DNA from: Enoplolaimus lenunculus
Taxonomy: Eukaryota
Direction of reading: 5' to 3'
Assembly: GCA_030248215.1 (NCBI GenBank)
Contig: JASANG010003092.1
Location: 496,001 to 560,000, forward strand
DNA: 64,000 nt
The notes beneath the pieces were generated by a model. The model was not told the origin of the DNA. It searched no databases and saw only the letters and a program-made list of their open reading frames with translations. Made by a program: the position numbers and the translations under genes. Below are positions 1 to 10,296 of this stretch, one piece after another (position 1 is the first letter of the stretch; each line of letters begins with the position of its first letter).

Positions 1-131
1 TAAGCCCAAGCGAAAGATTAGGTCTAAGCAAAAAAACATAGTGTACAATCTAAGCCTACTCTTATGCAGTAGGCTTAGATTACGGGACTACGCTAGAAGT
101 AACAGCGTCCGGTTAGCATATATATGAATGA

Positions 132-1646
132 TTAATCCCATATACTGAATACTACAACCACTACAATCGTTCCAATCATTTGAAAATACAGCATAGTTTC
201 CGTGTTATCGCGCACCGATTCTTTGATATACCGTCGAATTTCCAGTTCCGGCGGATACAAAGATACTTCCGCTATAGCTTGCGAAAAGTGCTTGGCCGAA
301 GCGTTTCTAAGGTCAAAGACATATCGACTTTGACTGGTAGTAGCAGTAGTAGTAGCATCTGCAATCAAGTATTGTGATTGCTTCAGTCCATTATAATCGC
401 GTATACAATGTTCGCTGCATGCGTCAACGGCTTTTTCAATATTTTCCTCGTCAATCTTATTGTTTGTGTTTAAAAATCGTTGCAATGTTTCCGCAATACA
501 TTGTCGATTATCTGCTGAGTGAACGGTACAGTAATTTAGTTTTTTTGATTTTTTAAATATTGAACTTTTGTACCAATTAACGCTTGTTGTTGATATATTT
601 GGCCACAGCATTACGGTAGAAGATAGCAGGCATGAGCATTTTTTACGTATTTGTAGCACGACACACAAGAAACCGCAGTCTGGACCTTCTCGATGGTGTA
701 ACGCGTTTAAATCGCCGCGACTAATATGATACTGTTTATTAATCCGTGGTCGATACTCATTTTCTGAGTAGGTTTTCGCATACTTCCAATATTCAACGAG
801 AGCTAACTGAACTTGAGTTGAACTGAATATATTTTGCTGCTCCGATGAGACGACAAAGCCTGACTCTGGTTCAGGGTTGTATTTCCAGTGGCGAAGCGCA
901 AATATACGAAAATTTAAATTTAAATATTGTTCATCTTCCCTGGAGCGGGTCTTTGTAACAGCCACGGGGTTTGAGGAGAAATTATATTTAACCAATTGTT
1001 GTACCCGTGTATTCAGACGTAATTTCACTGATTGCCATGGACCAGGTACATCAAAGGCGCTCGGAGATTTACTTGCGTTAAAATAAAGGCACGGTCCGTA
1101 CGCGGATGGTACTACAACTGTTTGTGAGCAACACTCGCTTTGTTGCGTAAAACTGCGTTGTCCAAATCTACTAGAATCAGTTGAGTTTAACTCAACACAC
1201 GAGTCAATAATTTTGGAGCAATCAAGAGCTAACTGAAGTATGTTTGGATTAATCTCGTGTTGCTTATTTTTAATTAAATCCTCAGAAACTTCGGTGATAT
1301 TGTACGTAAAGCTGTTCATCATTGAGGTGTGGTTTTGGGCAAACGCACTTGGACCGGATAGAGCTAAAAATTCAACTAAGGATGCTGCAAGCGATACGTT
1401 GTCGAGTACTTGATCGGCGGCCAAATTTAAATTTAAAAAATATTTATTGAATGAATTCACAGGAGGAATTGGACAAATCATAAGGCTAGGAACACGGATC
1501 TGTGCCAAAGGCTCCAGGGTTAACACCTCGATGTCTCTTTGACGCCAAGACCAACCCACTGCGAATATGAACATTGCAAGCATAAATGCGCATAGAACAA
1601 ATATTAAACTGCCACATACGCATATTTTAAAGGATTTTATGAACAT
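132..1646 (-). CDS. Divergent DEG/ENaC (amiloride-sensitive channel)-like subunit, single ORF, 504 aa
   Basis: N-terminal TM1 is followed by VPSLMICP (cf. FPAVTiCN), DCSKIIDSC, CC..SAYGPCLYFN (cf. t.yG.CytFN), GP..SVKLRLN, a Cys-rich thumb CGFLC...IRKKCSC...C...CSEHC, AEVSLY..LEIRR, and a hydrophobic C-terminal TM2-like segment. Confidence 0.75.
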   Translation of the reverse strand: MFIKSFKICVCGSLIFVLCAFMLAMFIFAVGWSWRQRDIEVLTLEPLAQIRVPSLMICPIPPVNSFNKYFLNLNLAADQVLDNVSLAASLVEFLALSGPSAFAQNHTSMMNSFTYNITEVSEDLIKNKQHEINPNILQLALDCSKIIDSCVELNSTDSSRFGQRSFTQQSECCSQTVVVPSAYGPCLYFNASKSPSAFDVPGPWQSVKLRLNTRVQQLVKYNFSSNPVAVTKTRSREDEQYLNLNFRIFALRHWKYNPEPESGFVVSSEQQNIFSSTQVQLALVEYWKYAKTYSENEYRPRINKQYHISRGDLNALHHREGPDCGFLCVVLQIRKKCSCLLSSTVMLWPNISTTSVNWYKSSIFKKSKKLNYCTVHSADNRQCIAETLQRFLNTNNKIDEENIEKAVDACSEHCIRDYNGLKQSQYLIADATTTATTSQSRYVFDLRNASAKHFSQAIAEVSLYPPELEIRRYIKESVRDNTETMLYFQMIGTIVVVVVFSIWD

Positions 1647-1684
1647 AATGACTTGAAACTAAAATTACGAATATGAAAGGATTA

Positions 1685-2395
1685 AGCCCTATTCACACGT
1701 GCAAGTTTTTGCTACAAAAAATTGTATGTGCAACTTGCATGTGCAAGTTCGGTCACAAAACATCTTCGAAGTTTTTTCAGCTGTAAACTATTCACTGCAT
1801 GCAGAAGCCAGTCGTAGAACTTAATGCCCCTGCGTTTTTATAGCCCAATCAGAAATATTCCTGCTGAGAGCTTCTTGAATTAATTCAGACTTTTGAATTT
1901 ATTCGAGAAGCTTGAATTATTAATTCAAGCAAATAACTTGTTTGATATTTCGTAGCCGACGGCTATCATGACTAGACAAGTTTTACATCTGTTGAGCACT
2001 GAATAGAAATAGTAGGATTTGAAAGTATTCTCATGGGAAGAAATTTCGAGTAAAGCCTTCTGCGCTCGTAAATGTTTCTTTCGGCTGAATCTTGCAGCTA
2101 AAAGTTTGGATTCAAAATTCATTCAGAGACCTTGCAGCTGCAATTTATTCATCATGAATATACGCAAAGGACTAATTCATACGTATTATAGCCTTGTAAG
2201 TCCAATTAATTAATGACCATTGGCTGGATTGACGATAGCTTCTTTGATATTGCCGTCCTCTGCAAATTATTCATCTAAGTTATGTCAAAATTCAGAATGA
2301 AAATATTTCTTTGCAAATAGTTGCAGTTGCCAGGTGCTTGCACAAGATGCAGCTGCGAGTTCTCGCTGCAAAAATTAGCACTTGTGAAACGGGCT
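1685..2395. mobile_element. PIF/Harbinger-like non-autonomous element (MITE), long copy
   Basis: Imperfect TIRs agccctattcacacgtgcaagtttttgct / gcaaaaattagcacttgtgaaacgggct; TTA on both flanks (3-bp TSD); related copies at 34557 and 46121. Confidence 0.75.
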
Positions 2396-2944
2396 TTACA
2401 AATGAGGATTATATTTTGCGTAAACCCAAAATTGGGATATAGTTTGAAAATACAAACTTTCTTGGTATATCAGATAAAGCTGTAGGTGATATATACCAGG
2501 GTGAAACCGGACCCAACAGAAAAATTGGAGCTGGAGGTCGACTTTCTACCTAAACCGGAATCGCACCTTATTTTGTAGCCTAGCATTATTTTGCAACGCA
2601 AACGATGAGTGAGACTTTGACCAGGCTTAGTAAAAGTGTTAAGTCACGACTTGGAAGCGAGTTCGTAGTCAGTAAGCGGGAGGATATTGGGCTCAGCTCC
2701 CCATTAGAAACATTCTCCTAGAAACACTGTTATTCCACTTGTACGTTTTGTGAAATCAATCGTATGCCTCTTGTGTCGCTATCACGGAGTGTAAAAAGAG
2801 TTTTGCGCTGGCGAAGAAAACTGTAACATTTGCAACAAAAACCATTCGATACAATCAACATTTCGACCGTTTGCAGGAGATGTAATGTTGCCCGGATTGT
2901 ACCCTGCGTTTCCTTGTTGGTGCGAATCCCAGCTCCAGCTGTTC

Positions 2945-3100
2945 GTGCGCGTAGCCAAAGGGAAAGCCAAAAAGGGCTCAGAGAAAACTAATGGCAGCCA
3001 TAGAAAATTTTCAACCTTGCTTGTAACTCATTGAAAACCTTTGAATAAACCTCCTGAAAAATTGTCACCCCCCCTTACAACGTGAGCTGGCTATGGGCAT
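2945..3100. repeat. Short dispersed repeat family (core tagaaaattttcaaccttgcttgtaa..cattgaa...gtgagctggcta), probably degenerate hAT-like MITEs
   Basis: The same core recurs in either orientation near 15500-15660, 30797-30899, 31400-31520, 39530-39680, 44110-44200, 48170-48310 and 48590-48740. Boundaries are approximate. Confidence 0.6.
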
Positions 3101-5301
3101 GTAGCTGTTATCGTCCAGCACAGAATTAATCTATAACAAAACATCATGAAGCTCTATTCAACAGACAAAATCGTACCTAAACACTGTATGCTAGTCAATG
3201 ACTAAAGTTATTCTTTCTTTAGCTTGTTGCCAGGATGCAAGCTTTACAGTACCTGTATACGCGTTATTATCATGCATGGATGAGTCGAAATCTTTAAATA
3301 ATAACAAAAATAGCACAGTTTGTTTTATGTCATCGCTGTAGAACTCTTTCAAAGCACAGAATTCTAAAACCTTCGGGCTTGTGCCCTGAAGATGCCCAAG
3401 GCGACTCAGCCCCACCCCCGTGAAACTTTCCCTCCGAACAAAATTGTAATAGATTGGAAATACTTCAAAATCACCCCGTGTGTCTCGCTTGTAGATATTT
3501 CGACACTCGTAAAACATGTTGAGTGGATACGGCAAAAACCTTAAGCTTAAACCTTTATGTAATAGAGTTTAGCTTTAGACTGAATTCACGAAAACGAATA
3601 CACATTCGCTTACCAGGGGCGTAGCCAAGATTTCATTTTGGGAAGGTAATAATATCACGTTTAGGAAAATTTTCTGACTTATATAATAATTCTAAGTTTT
3701 AAAACCTTTTAAAAGCCGAAATGGCTTTTCTGAATGTTTCTGCAGAAATTTCGTGAGAAATGTCTCCGGTTTACTCCACTCGTGCATACGCCCTTGTCGT
3801 TCACGGTTGTGTCTATGTCTAAACCTTGAGACTAGACAAACACGGTGGCCTCGAATTCAAGTTGAAGCTGGTTTAGACACTGTTACTATGTTGCTCGGTA
3901 GTCGGATATTGTCTAATTATATTCTTCTTCCACTACTTCCACAGGAAAATCTGACAATTTACTACTGACAGTGTACAAGTGAGCTATTTTTTTGTTTTAA
4001 CTTTGTATTAATAATCTCAAAACTATATGTGAACACAAAAATTGACAAGAGTCACCGCCCGAGGGCGGTGACAAAAATTGAGTGAAATATATTTCAAACC
4101 ATGATCGTAATTATAAGTCAGAAAGTCATGGGACGCCGCCTACCCTCGGCAACTTTCTGCTTATGCGAGATAAGTTAGATCGAACACGGCGAATCCTGCT
4201 AAGCCCGTGACTGGGGTAGGTCTACCAGGTGGTCACGACATATAGAGAGTTACGAGGATCCAACAAATACGCAACACCTCTCAGCTCAACGTTTGCCAAG
4301 CCACACATGGACTTGGGAATCAGCGACTTCGCCCAACCCCATGACCGCTTTGCTAAAGCTGGGAATTTCAGCCAAACGCCCTGAGCCTAAGCGTCCCAGC
4401 AAGCTACCAATTCCCAAAATCGCACACCCAGCTTGACAGCGTTGCTCCGCGAAACGCTGCATCGGACCTGACTAGAATAATCCATGTCGCCTGCATAGGC
4501 AACGTCAAAATATATGCATAGCGAAATTGTGCGAGCAGGATGACAATCTGCGAGCACTATTAGGGATAAAAATGCAGGACCAAATTTGTAGACTCAGACG
4601 CTACACATTTTCTCTGTATCTAAAATCTCGCACCAATTGGAATAAAAACCACGGAATTGAAACTAACTGCGCAGAATCCACAAACCTTGCTATATCTCAA
4701 ACTACACACTCCATTATGATAAAACTTCAAACCCTGAATCCGATTCCATACATGTAACACCAAATTTAGGCCGGCTAATGAATTCACTCCGCAGTATTAG
4801 GTTAAAACATATATATACTAATTCGAGACTCACTTCGTTCAATACCGACACGCATGAAATCTGCGGGTCCGGGTAAAACTGCTTACTGATTCACAAACCT
4901 GCAGGTGACTAAAAAACGCTCAGATAGGGGAGATACGAAAAATGCGGGTCGACCCATGAGAAGCTTACACGTAGCAGACTAAGAAGCTCAGACCCAAAAC
5001 AGGAAAGCGAGAGCTTAGGCCTAAGACAGAGAGCAAGGTGATGATGCGCATCGGATTGAAAGAACTAAGACGGAGAATACTTAAGGTGCGAAAGCGTCGC
5101 AGGGTAAACTAAGCTAAGTCCCCACCATGCGGGTGGATCACCTAGGCCTATGCGGGGTGAAAACAATAAACAATAACGCCTGAGTATAGCAGCTCACTAT
5201 ACTCTCCAAAATTTATTAGTACGAAAACAAATACTTAACTCACAAACACTACTTATGGCCAACAAATTCCATATACCTTTAACATTGACCCTATGATTTA
5301 C

Positions 5302-5460
5302 CTGATCATCCGCTAGATTTTTAGCTTGCAATGCATCCAGTTCTGATTGAATGTCCGGCGTCGGCTGACCAACGGTCCACCGATAGCCGGAGGTTGACGG
5401 CTTAAACACCTCAGCTTGAGGGTTTAGCGGAGACGATTGTTTTGATGTGTCCGAGTCCAT
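5302..5460 (-). other. Putative coding micro-exon with a PAM2 motif (SPLNPQAEVFKP)
   Basis: ATG start MDSDTSKQSSPLNPQAEVFKP...; CAG|GTAAAT donor after ...ADDQ; no downstream exon identified. Confidence 0.35.
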
Positions 5461-7089
5461 AATTTACTTTAATTAAACCAATTGGCACTAATTTTAGGTG
5501 GCTAACGACAGCACTGAAACTTATGCAAGTGATAGTTAGACCAAGCTTTAACTTGCAATAGGGCTAGCTTTTCCAGAGCGCACACTAACTTATACAAAGC
5601 CAAGATGTAACTCCAAGTTAGAATAAAATGCAATCTTACCACAATTTCTGGTATTTCATGCGACGGGCACGGAAGTGGCCGAGCATGCGGATTGTCCTGA
5701 GTCACGCCCTGCCAAAAAGGAGACTCAGCCGCTGTCCAATTGCACCAGTCAAGGCCCGTAGTCCATGACCAACCTACCCGGAGCTGCGGGAGGTGTGCTT
5801 GCTTAAATCTATATGCCATACAGATTTCCCTAAATTATAAAGCGTAAATCTCACTATAGTTCTACTTATTTGCACGAAAGCAAACCGAAAAACCAAGGAA
5901 ACTTGAAAATTAACCAACTAGTCGGAAAATCTACAACAACAATAATTCCCTCTCAGCGGCTGAGATCACACGGGCAGAAATTCTATTTTACCGGCTATTT
6001 TGCATAACCGGTTACTAAAAACTAGAAAACTCAAAACTCAAAAGTATTTTCCATTGCTAGAACAACCAATCAACATAAAAACAAAACACACTAATATTCA
6101 AATTCCCCTATTTTCACCATTTTTCCATTCCGCGAAACAAGCCAAAACATATGCGTCAATTATTCAGTAGCTAGCTATAAATTCAAAATTCACAAAAATA
6201 CATCTAACCGTCATATACACTTTCCAAGCCCAGAATACGTCAAATCAACTAGAATTTGAGGGTTTTAGACCCGTTTTATAAAATTCAGCAGGTTTCGAAA
6301 CCTATTACTAAGTTTTACAATGATTGAAACTAAATTAAGCCAAATTCAGATAGCTTTGGATGTCACAAAATTCAAACCTTTTGTAAGTTAGAGTTTCGAC
6401 CTGAAAACAGTTATACTAAACTGGGAATAACTCAATATAGATTATTTGCACCGATTTTCAAACTTTTCAAGTTATGGGAGCACCCACAGCTCATCCGGAA
6501 CGGATCTACGAAGTTTGTGCATTCATACGAGTAAGGTCGATTTCCTGACCTGTGCACATCAGCATACAGCAACCCTCCAGAGCTCCGAAACTTCAAGGGC
6601 TGCCCATTACGGCTTAGAATCTTCCGAATCAAAGCTCCGCCAGCTGACGTGAGCTTGCACGGGATCCCCTCGCTCTTGATGTTAACATCAAAATTTCTGG
6701 GCAGCCCGAAAGCTCACACATTCCCTCAAAAATGTGATCCCAGCTGTTATCCACCTAAATTCTACTAGAATTCAGAGACGCTGGGTGTAGTGACATCTGT
6801 ACAGTAATGCTATGAGTTACTGACACACGGCGGAACGAACAATTATGACTAAAATCCGCCAGTGATTTTACCAACTACATTTTGTGCACAGAGCGCAAGT
6901 CATACTTCATGTTGGGCATTGAATACACGGTAAAACTTTTCCTTTATCAAAATGAGACTAGAATGAGGGCACCCAGATTCGTTCCTGTGGGGTAGAGACA
7001 CGGCTTTTTGGGACCAGTTGTAGCGGTTGCCTATGTTACCTAATGAAGCAGGCTGTTAATCTATTTGTGTTGCGGATGTCCGGAACCTG

Positions 7090-8490
7090 AACCCTTGGAA
7101 TTAATGAAAGTAAACTTGTTATAAATCTCGAAATGTAGGGTTTGCCGTATGCCATTTTCTGACCTTCAGGCTCCGAGGTTCAAAAGCTATGGCCCTTCAA
7201 ATTTAACTTTTTACAACACAAATTATATATGCACAGCTGTGTGCCAAATTTGTACAACGAATAAGTATTTAGGTTTATGCATATTTTATGAATATGTGAG
7301 TCAAACACTTCTTCATATCTCTGCTAGTTTGCACTACAAATTTCGTGGGATATAACTCAAGAACGATTGGTTATACAGCCATAACAATGGTACCGCTGAC
7401 CTCAACTCGTCGAAATTTATTGGCTAAGCCACTTTTCATAGAATTCCTAGCGGCGTTCTGATTCCGTTCTTTCCCCACCCGTCGGTACCTATTAAACGTT
7501 TTAGCGTTTTGCAATTGTGTACTCGTCATAACGTAAGCACTTATGTATATCGCGTTTCTTCTAAATTAGATGCTTGCTTATAAAGTTTTTTGTTTTAATA
7601 ATTTAGTATGCGTTTGCTGTTCTATGCGCAAAAGTTGATTGTTACTTGGAATAAATAATTTTTACGGTTTATATACACGCAATACTTGAGCGAATCTGTT
7701 TAGAGCAGGGTTCCATCGGAATTCCGATTTCTGCTCAAATTGCAGCAAAATTTGACTTCCGATTCCGATTCCGGCTGACTGCTGTTCCGATGCCGGAATT
7801 CTGATTTTTCGGTTATGAGTTTTTAAGATGATTGAACTTAGATTTTGCTTGTTTCGTTTTGTTTCGTTCATTTGCAACTTATTCTGTTGGTTTTTTTCTT
7901 AGTAAATATTCCAAGTTGTTACGTGTATTCCGTCAGCTATATAAAAACAATTTTTACTTAAACTTTGAGCAGTAACGGAAACAGGCATACTGCAATAAAA
8001 GTTAAGTCATACACTTTTAACTTTTTAATAGAATTACTAAAACTTGATTCCGATTGCGATTCCGCGTCCAACAATCTGGTTCCGGTTGGAACCCGGCTGT
8101 TTAGGCAATACTTCACACCGATTGTGGTGACCAGAATAGAGGCAGTAATAAAAGAGGTCCACGTTTTCAGTCCCAATCAACAGGAGTTCGTAGGTATCCC
8201 CTATTAGAGACCGTCAATGGATGGTGTCCATAAGGCCTAATTATAAAGTCTATAACAAGACCAAAACAGAAGAATGACATAGACTGCTCAAATATGTATC
8301 AGACACTTGCATACAACCAGGTTTATTCGTTATACAAATTTGGTTGGCGTTCGTACATGTTCAACAACTTTAAATTTTAAGGCCATAGCTTTTGAACCGG
8401 GCGCCCTGCGCAACCTAACAATAGTACCGATGAACTCAGCGGATCAACATCTATAAAATACATTGTTTTTCATTAAATTCCTTGAGGGGT
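7090..8490. mobile_element. Old element with long imperfect inverted repeats, interrupted by a hAT MITE
   Basis: Inverted matches: ggttcaaaagctatggcc (~7177) with ggccatagcttttgaacc (~8381); ccaaatttgtacaacgaataa (~7244) with ttattcgttatacaaatttgg (~8323); ggaattaatgaaa (~7096) with tttcattaaattcc (~8468). Ends are approximate. Confidence 0.5.
7706..8096 (+). mobile_element. hAT-type MITE (family B), copy 1
   Basis: CAGGGTTCC.../...GGAACCCGG ends, gattcc subterminal repeats, highly similar to 52336-52745; TSD imperfect. Confidence 0.8.
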
Positions 8491-8982
8491 CCATATCCCT
8501 TACCTCCGCTTGCTTAATACAGTGCAATAAACTGTATATACTGAACTTATACTTTTAATTGTATATGTAACAATTTCTTCCATTGTATATATTTTTCCTC
8601 CATTTTTGACAAATAACTTTTTGCTTGTTAACAATCAAAACGTTAGGATCAAACATATGGGTTAACCAACATCGATTTTAATAGGAACGACCATAACCGG
8701 TACACTCATGCCTGCAAGCCACTAGTAGAAACTAACTTTTTTCCGATCAAAACTGATGCCATCAAACACTAGAAACCTGATTTGCATATCACGAACCACC
8801 GCTCACCATTGTTGCATATTGCACGCAATTAACAATCTTAAAATAATATCCTTAGGAATACGATCAAGCTACTCTTTACGACCCCATAAAATGAACATCG
8901 ACCTTAGTATCAAAAATTTTATAAAACACCATCTGCAAGCGGTTGGCATAAATTAGAAACGAGTCTGTTTCAGATCAAAACT

Positions 8983-10296
8983 ATGCCATCAAGCACTAGA
9001 AACCTGATCACCATATCCCATAGCAACGTGCGCGACTGTTGCCTGTCACGCACCGACGACTGCTCGCTAGGACTATCATTTTTTGACGAACTCCAACTCA
9101 GAGCGCTTCGTACAGTTGGATTGAACTACTGTTTACATCACTCCGAAGAAACTGTAGACTCATATAACAACCATTCAAGTTGGACTCGAGATTTAGTTGC
9201 GTTACAAACTGGTCAAGCAGATATGACATTTTCAACTCTCATTCCTGATCAAGAACGAGTTGAAGCATTCAATTGCTTGTCAACTATACTGCTTTACTAC
9301 AATCCAGGTTTTCTATTTCAAAAAGCTGCGCTCGGGTTAACTCATCAACTTGCGTGGTGGCGTGTATTTCCGCCGTCAATTTGGATTTTGTTCACAATTA
9401 CGTCAGTCGGAATATTCGCACACCGACGTTTGCCCCAACCGTATGTAACGGCATTTTTGCTTACTGTAATGTTCTACGATATGGTTATGTCAAATTTACT
9501 CTTATCTCAAATTATCACCTCAAGCTGTGTTCCGTTCGACAGCCTTGAAAACGCAGGACGTGCAGTGCTCAGCGGAGAGTTTCACTGGATCCTGTCCGTA
9601 ATTAAACGATCATACCTTGAAACGAAAATTAAATATGACACCAGGGAACCGTATCGAACGCTACGAAAAGCGTTTGCCGGCGACTTGAGCGATATTCCGT
9701 TTGCTAAAGCTATACGTTTACTCCAGAGCGATGTTCGAAATTTCATGTATATACATGATACCAGTTACATTACCGGCATTGATCATTATGGTTTAGTGTA
9801 CGTCCCATTGCGAAATAATCCTAACGTTAATGTTGCGTGCAGTTTTATGCGTCGTGGTCTTAACCAAGCGTTAGTGAATCGCGTCAATTTAGCAATGCTG
9901 AACTTGTTTGAATCTGGCATACTTGCATTCTTCGTGCCGCATGAACTAGTTTTTGTAACAGCTGATAATGGCGCAGGCGTCAAGTCAAGGGAAACTTCAT
10001 CGCTGCGTGCTTTATCGGTGGCGAATTATGCCGAAGCTGTATACGTTCTTGTTGCCGGAATGGCACTGTGTTCATTGATTTTAGCTTACGAGCATTACGG
10101 AGCAGCTGCGAATGAAAACAGAGATCATGGGCAACGTCAAAGTGTAAAGTTAAATTCAACTTTCAATTTTATTGATAAGTACTTAACGCTTGTGTATCAA
10201 CGCCGGACTACTAATAACAATATCAACATTTCGTTGCGTCAGTCGGCCGGACGAACTCCGATGCGTGGTGGTAATTTTAAGCGTGGGACAATATGA
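8983..10296 (+). CDS. Divergent ionotropic receptor (IR)/iGluR-like protein, single ORF, 437 aa, no ATD, apparently no M2 pore loop
   Basis: S1 motif WTRDLVALQTGQADM...PDQERVEAF; pre-M1/M1 RVFPPSIWILF; M3-S2 junction FY..MSNLLLSQI..PFDSLENA; S2 end RVNLAMLNLFESGIL; M4 LSV..YAEAVYVLVAGMALCSLILAYE. Confidence 0.8.
   Translation: MPSSTRNLITISHSNVRDCCLSRTDDCSLGLSFFDELQLRALRTVGLNYCLHHSEETVDSYNNHSSWTRDLVALQTGQADMTFSTLIPDQERVEAFNCLSTILLYYNPGFLFQKAALGLTHQLAWWRVFPPSIWILFTITSVGIFAHRRLPQPYVTAFLLTVMFYDMVMSNLLLSQIITSSCVPFDSLENAGRAVLSGEFHWILSVIKRSYLETKIKYDTREPYRTLRKAFAGDLSDIPFAKAIRLLQSDVRNFMYIHDTSYITGIDHYGLVYVPLRNNPNVNVACSFMRRGLNQALVNRVNLAMLNLFESGILAFFVPHELVFVTADNGAGVKSRETSSLRALSVANYAEAVYVLVAGMALCSLILAYEHYGAAANENRDHGQRQSVKLNSTFNFIDKYLTLVYQRRTTNNNINISLRQSAGRTPMRGGNFKRGTI

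Noticed and set aside
4051..6795. Solo LTR call
   Set aside because: No matching TG...CA pair with a TSD and no gag/pol motifs; kept only as an unexplained segment.
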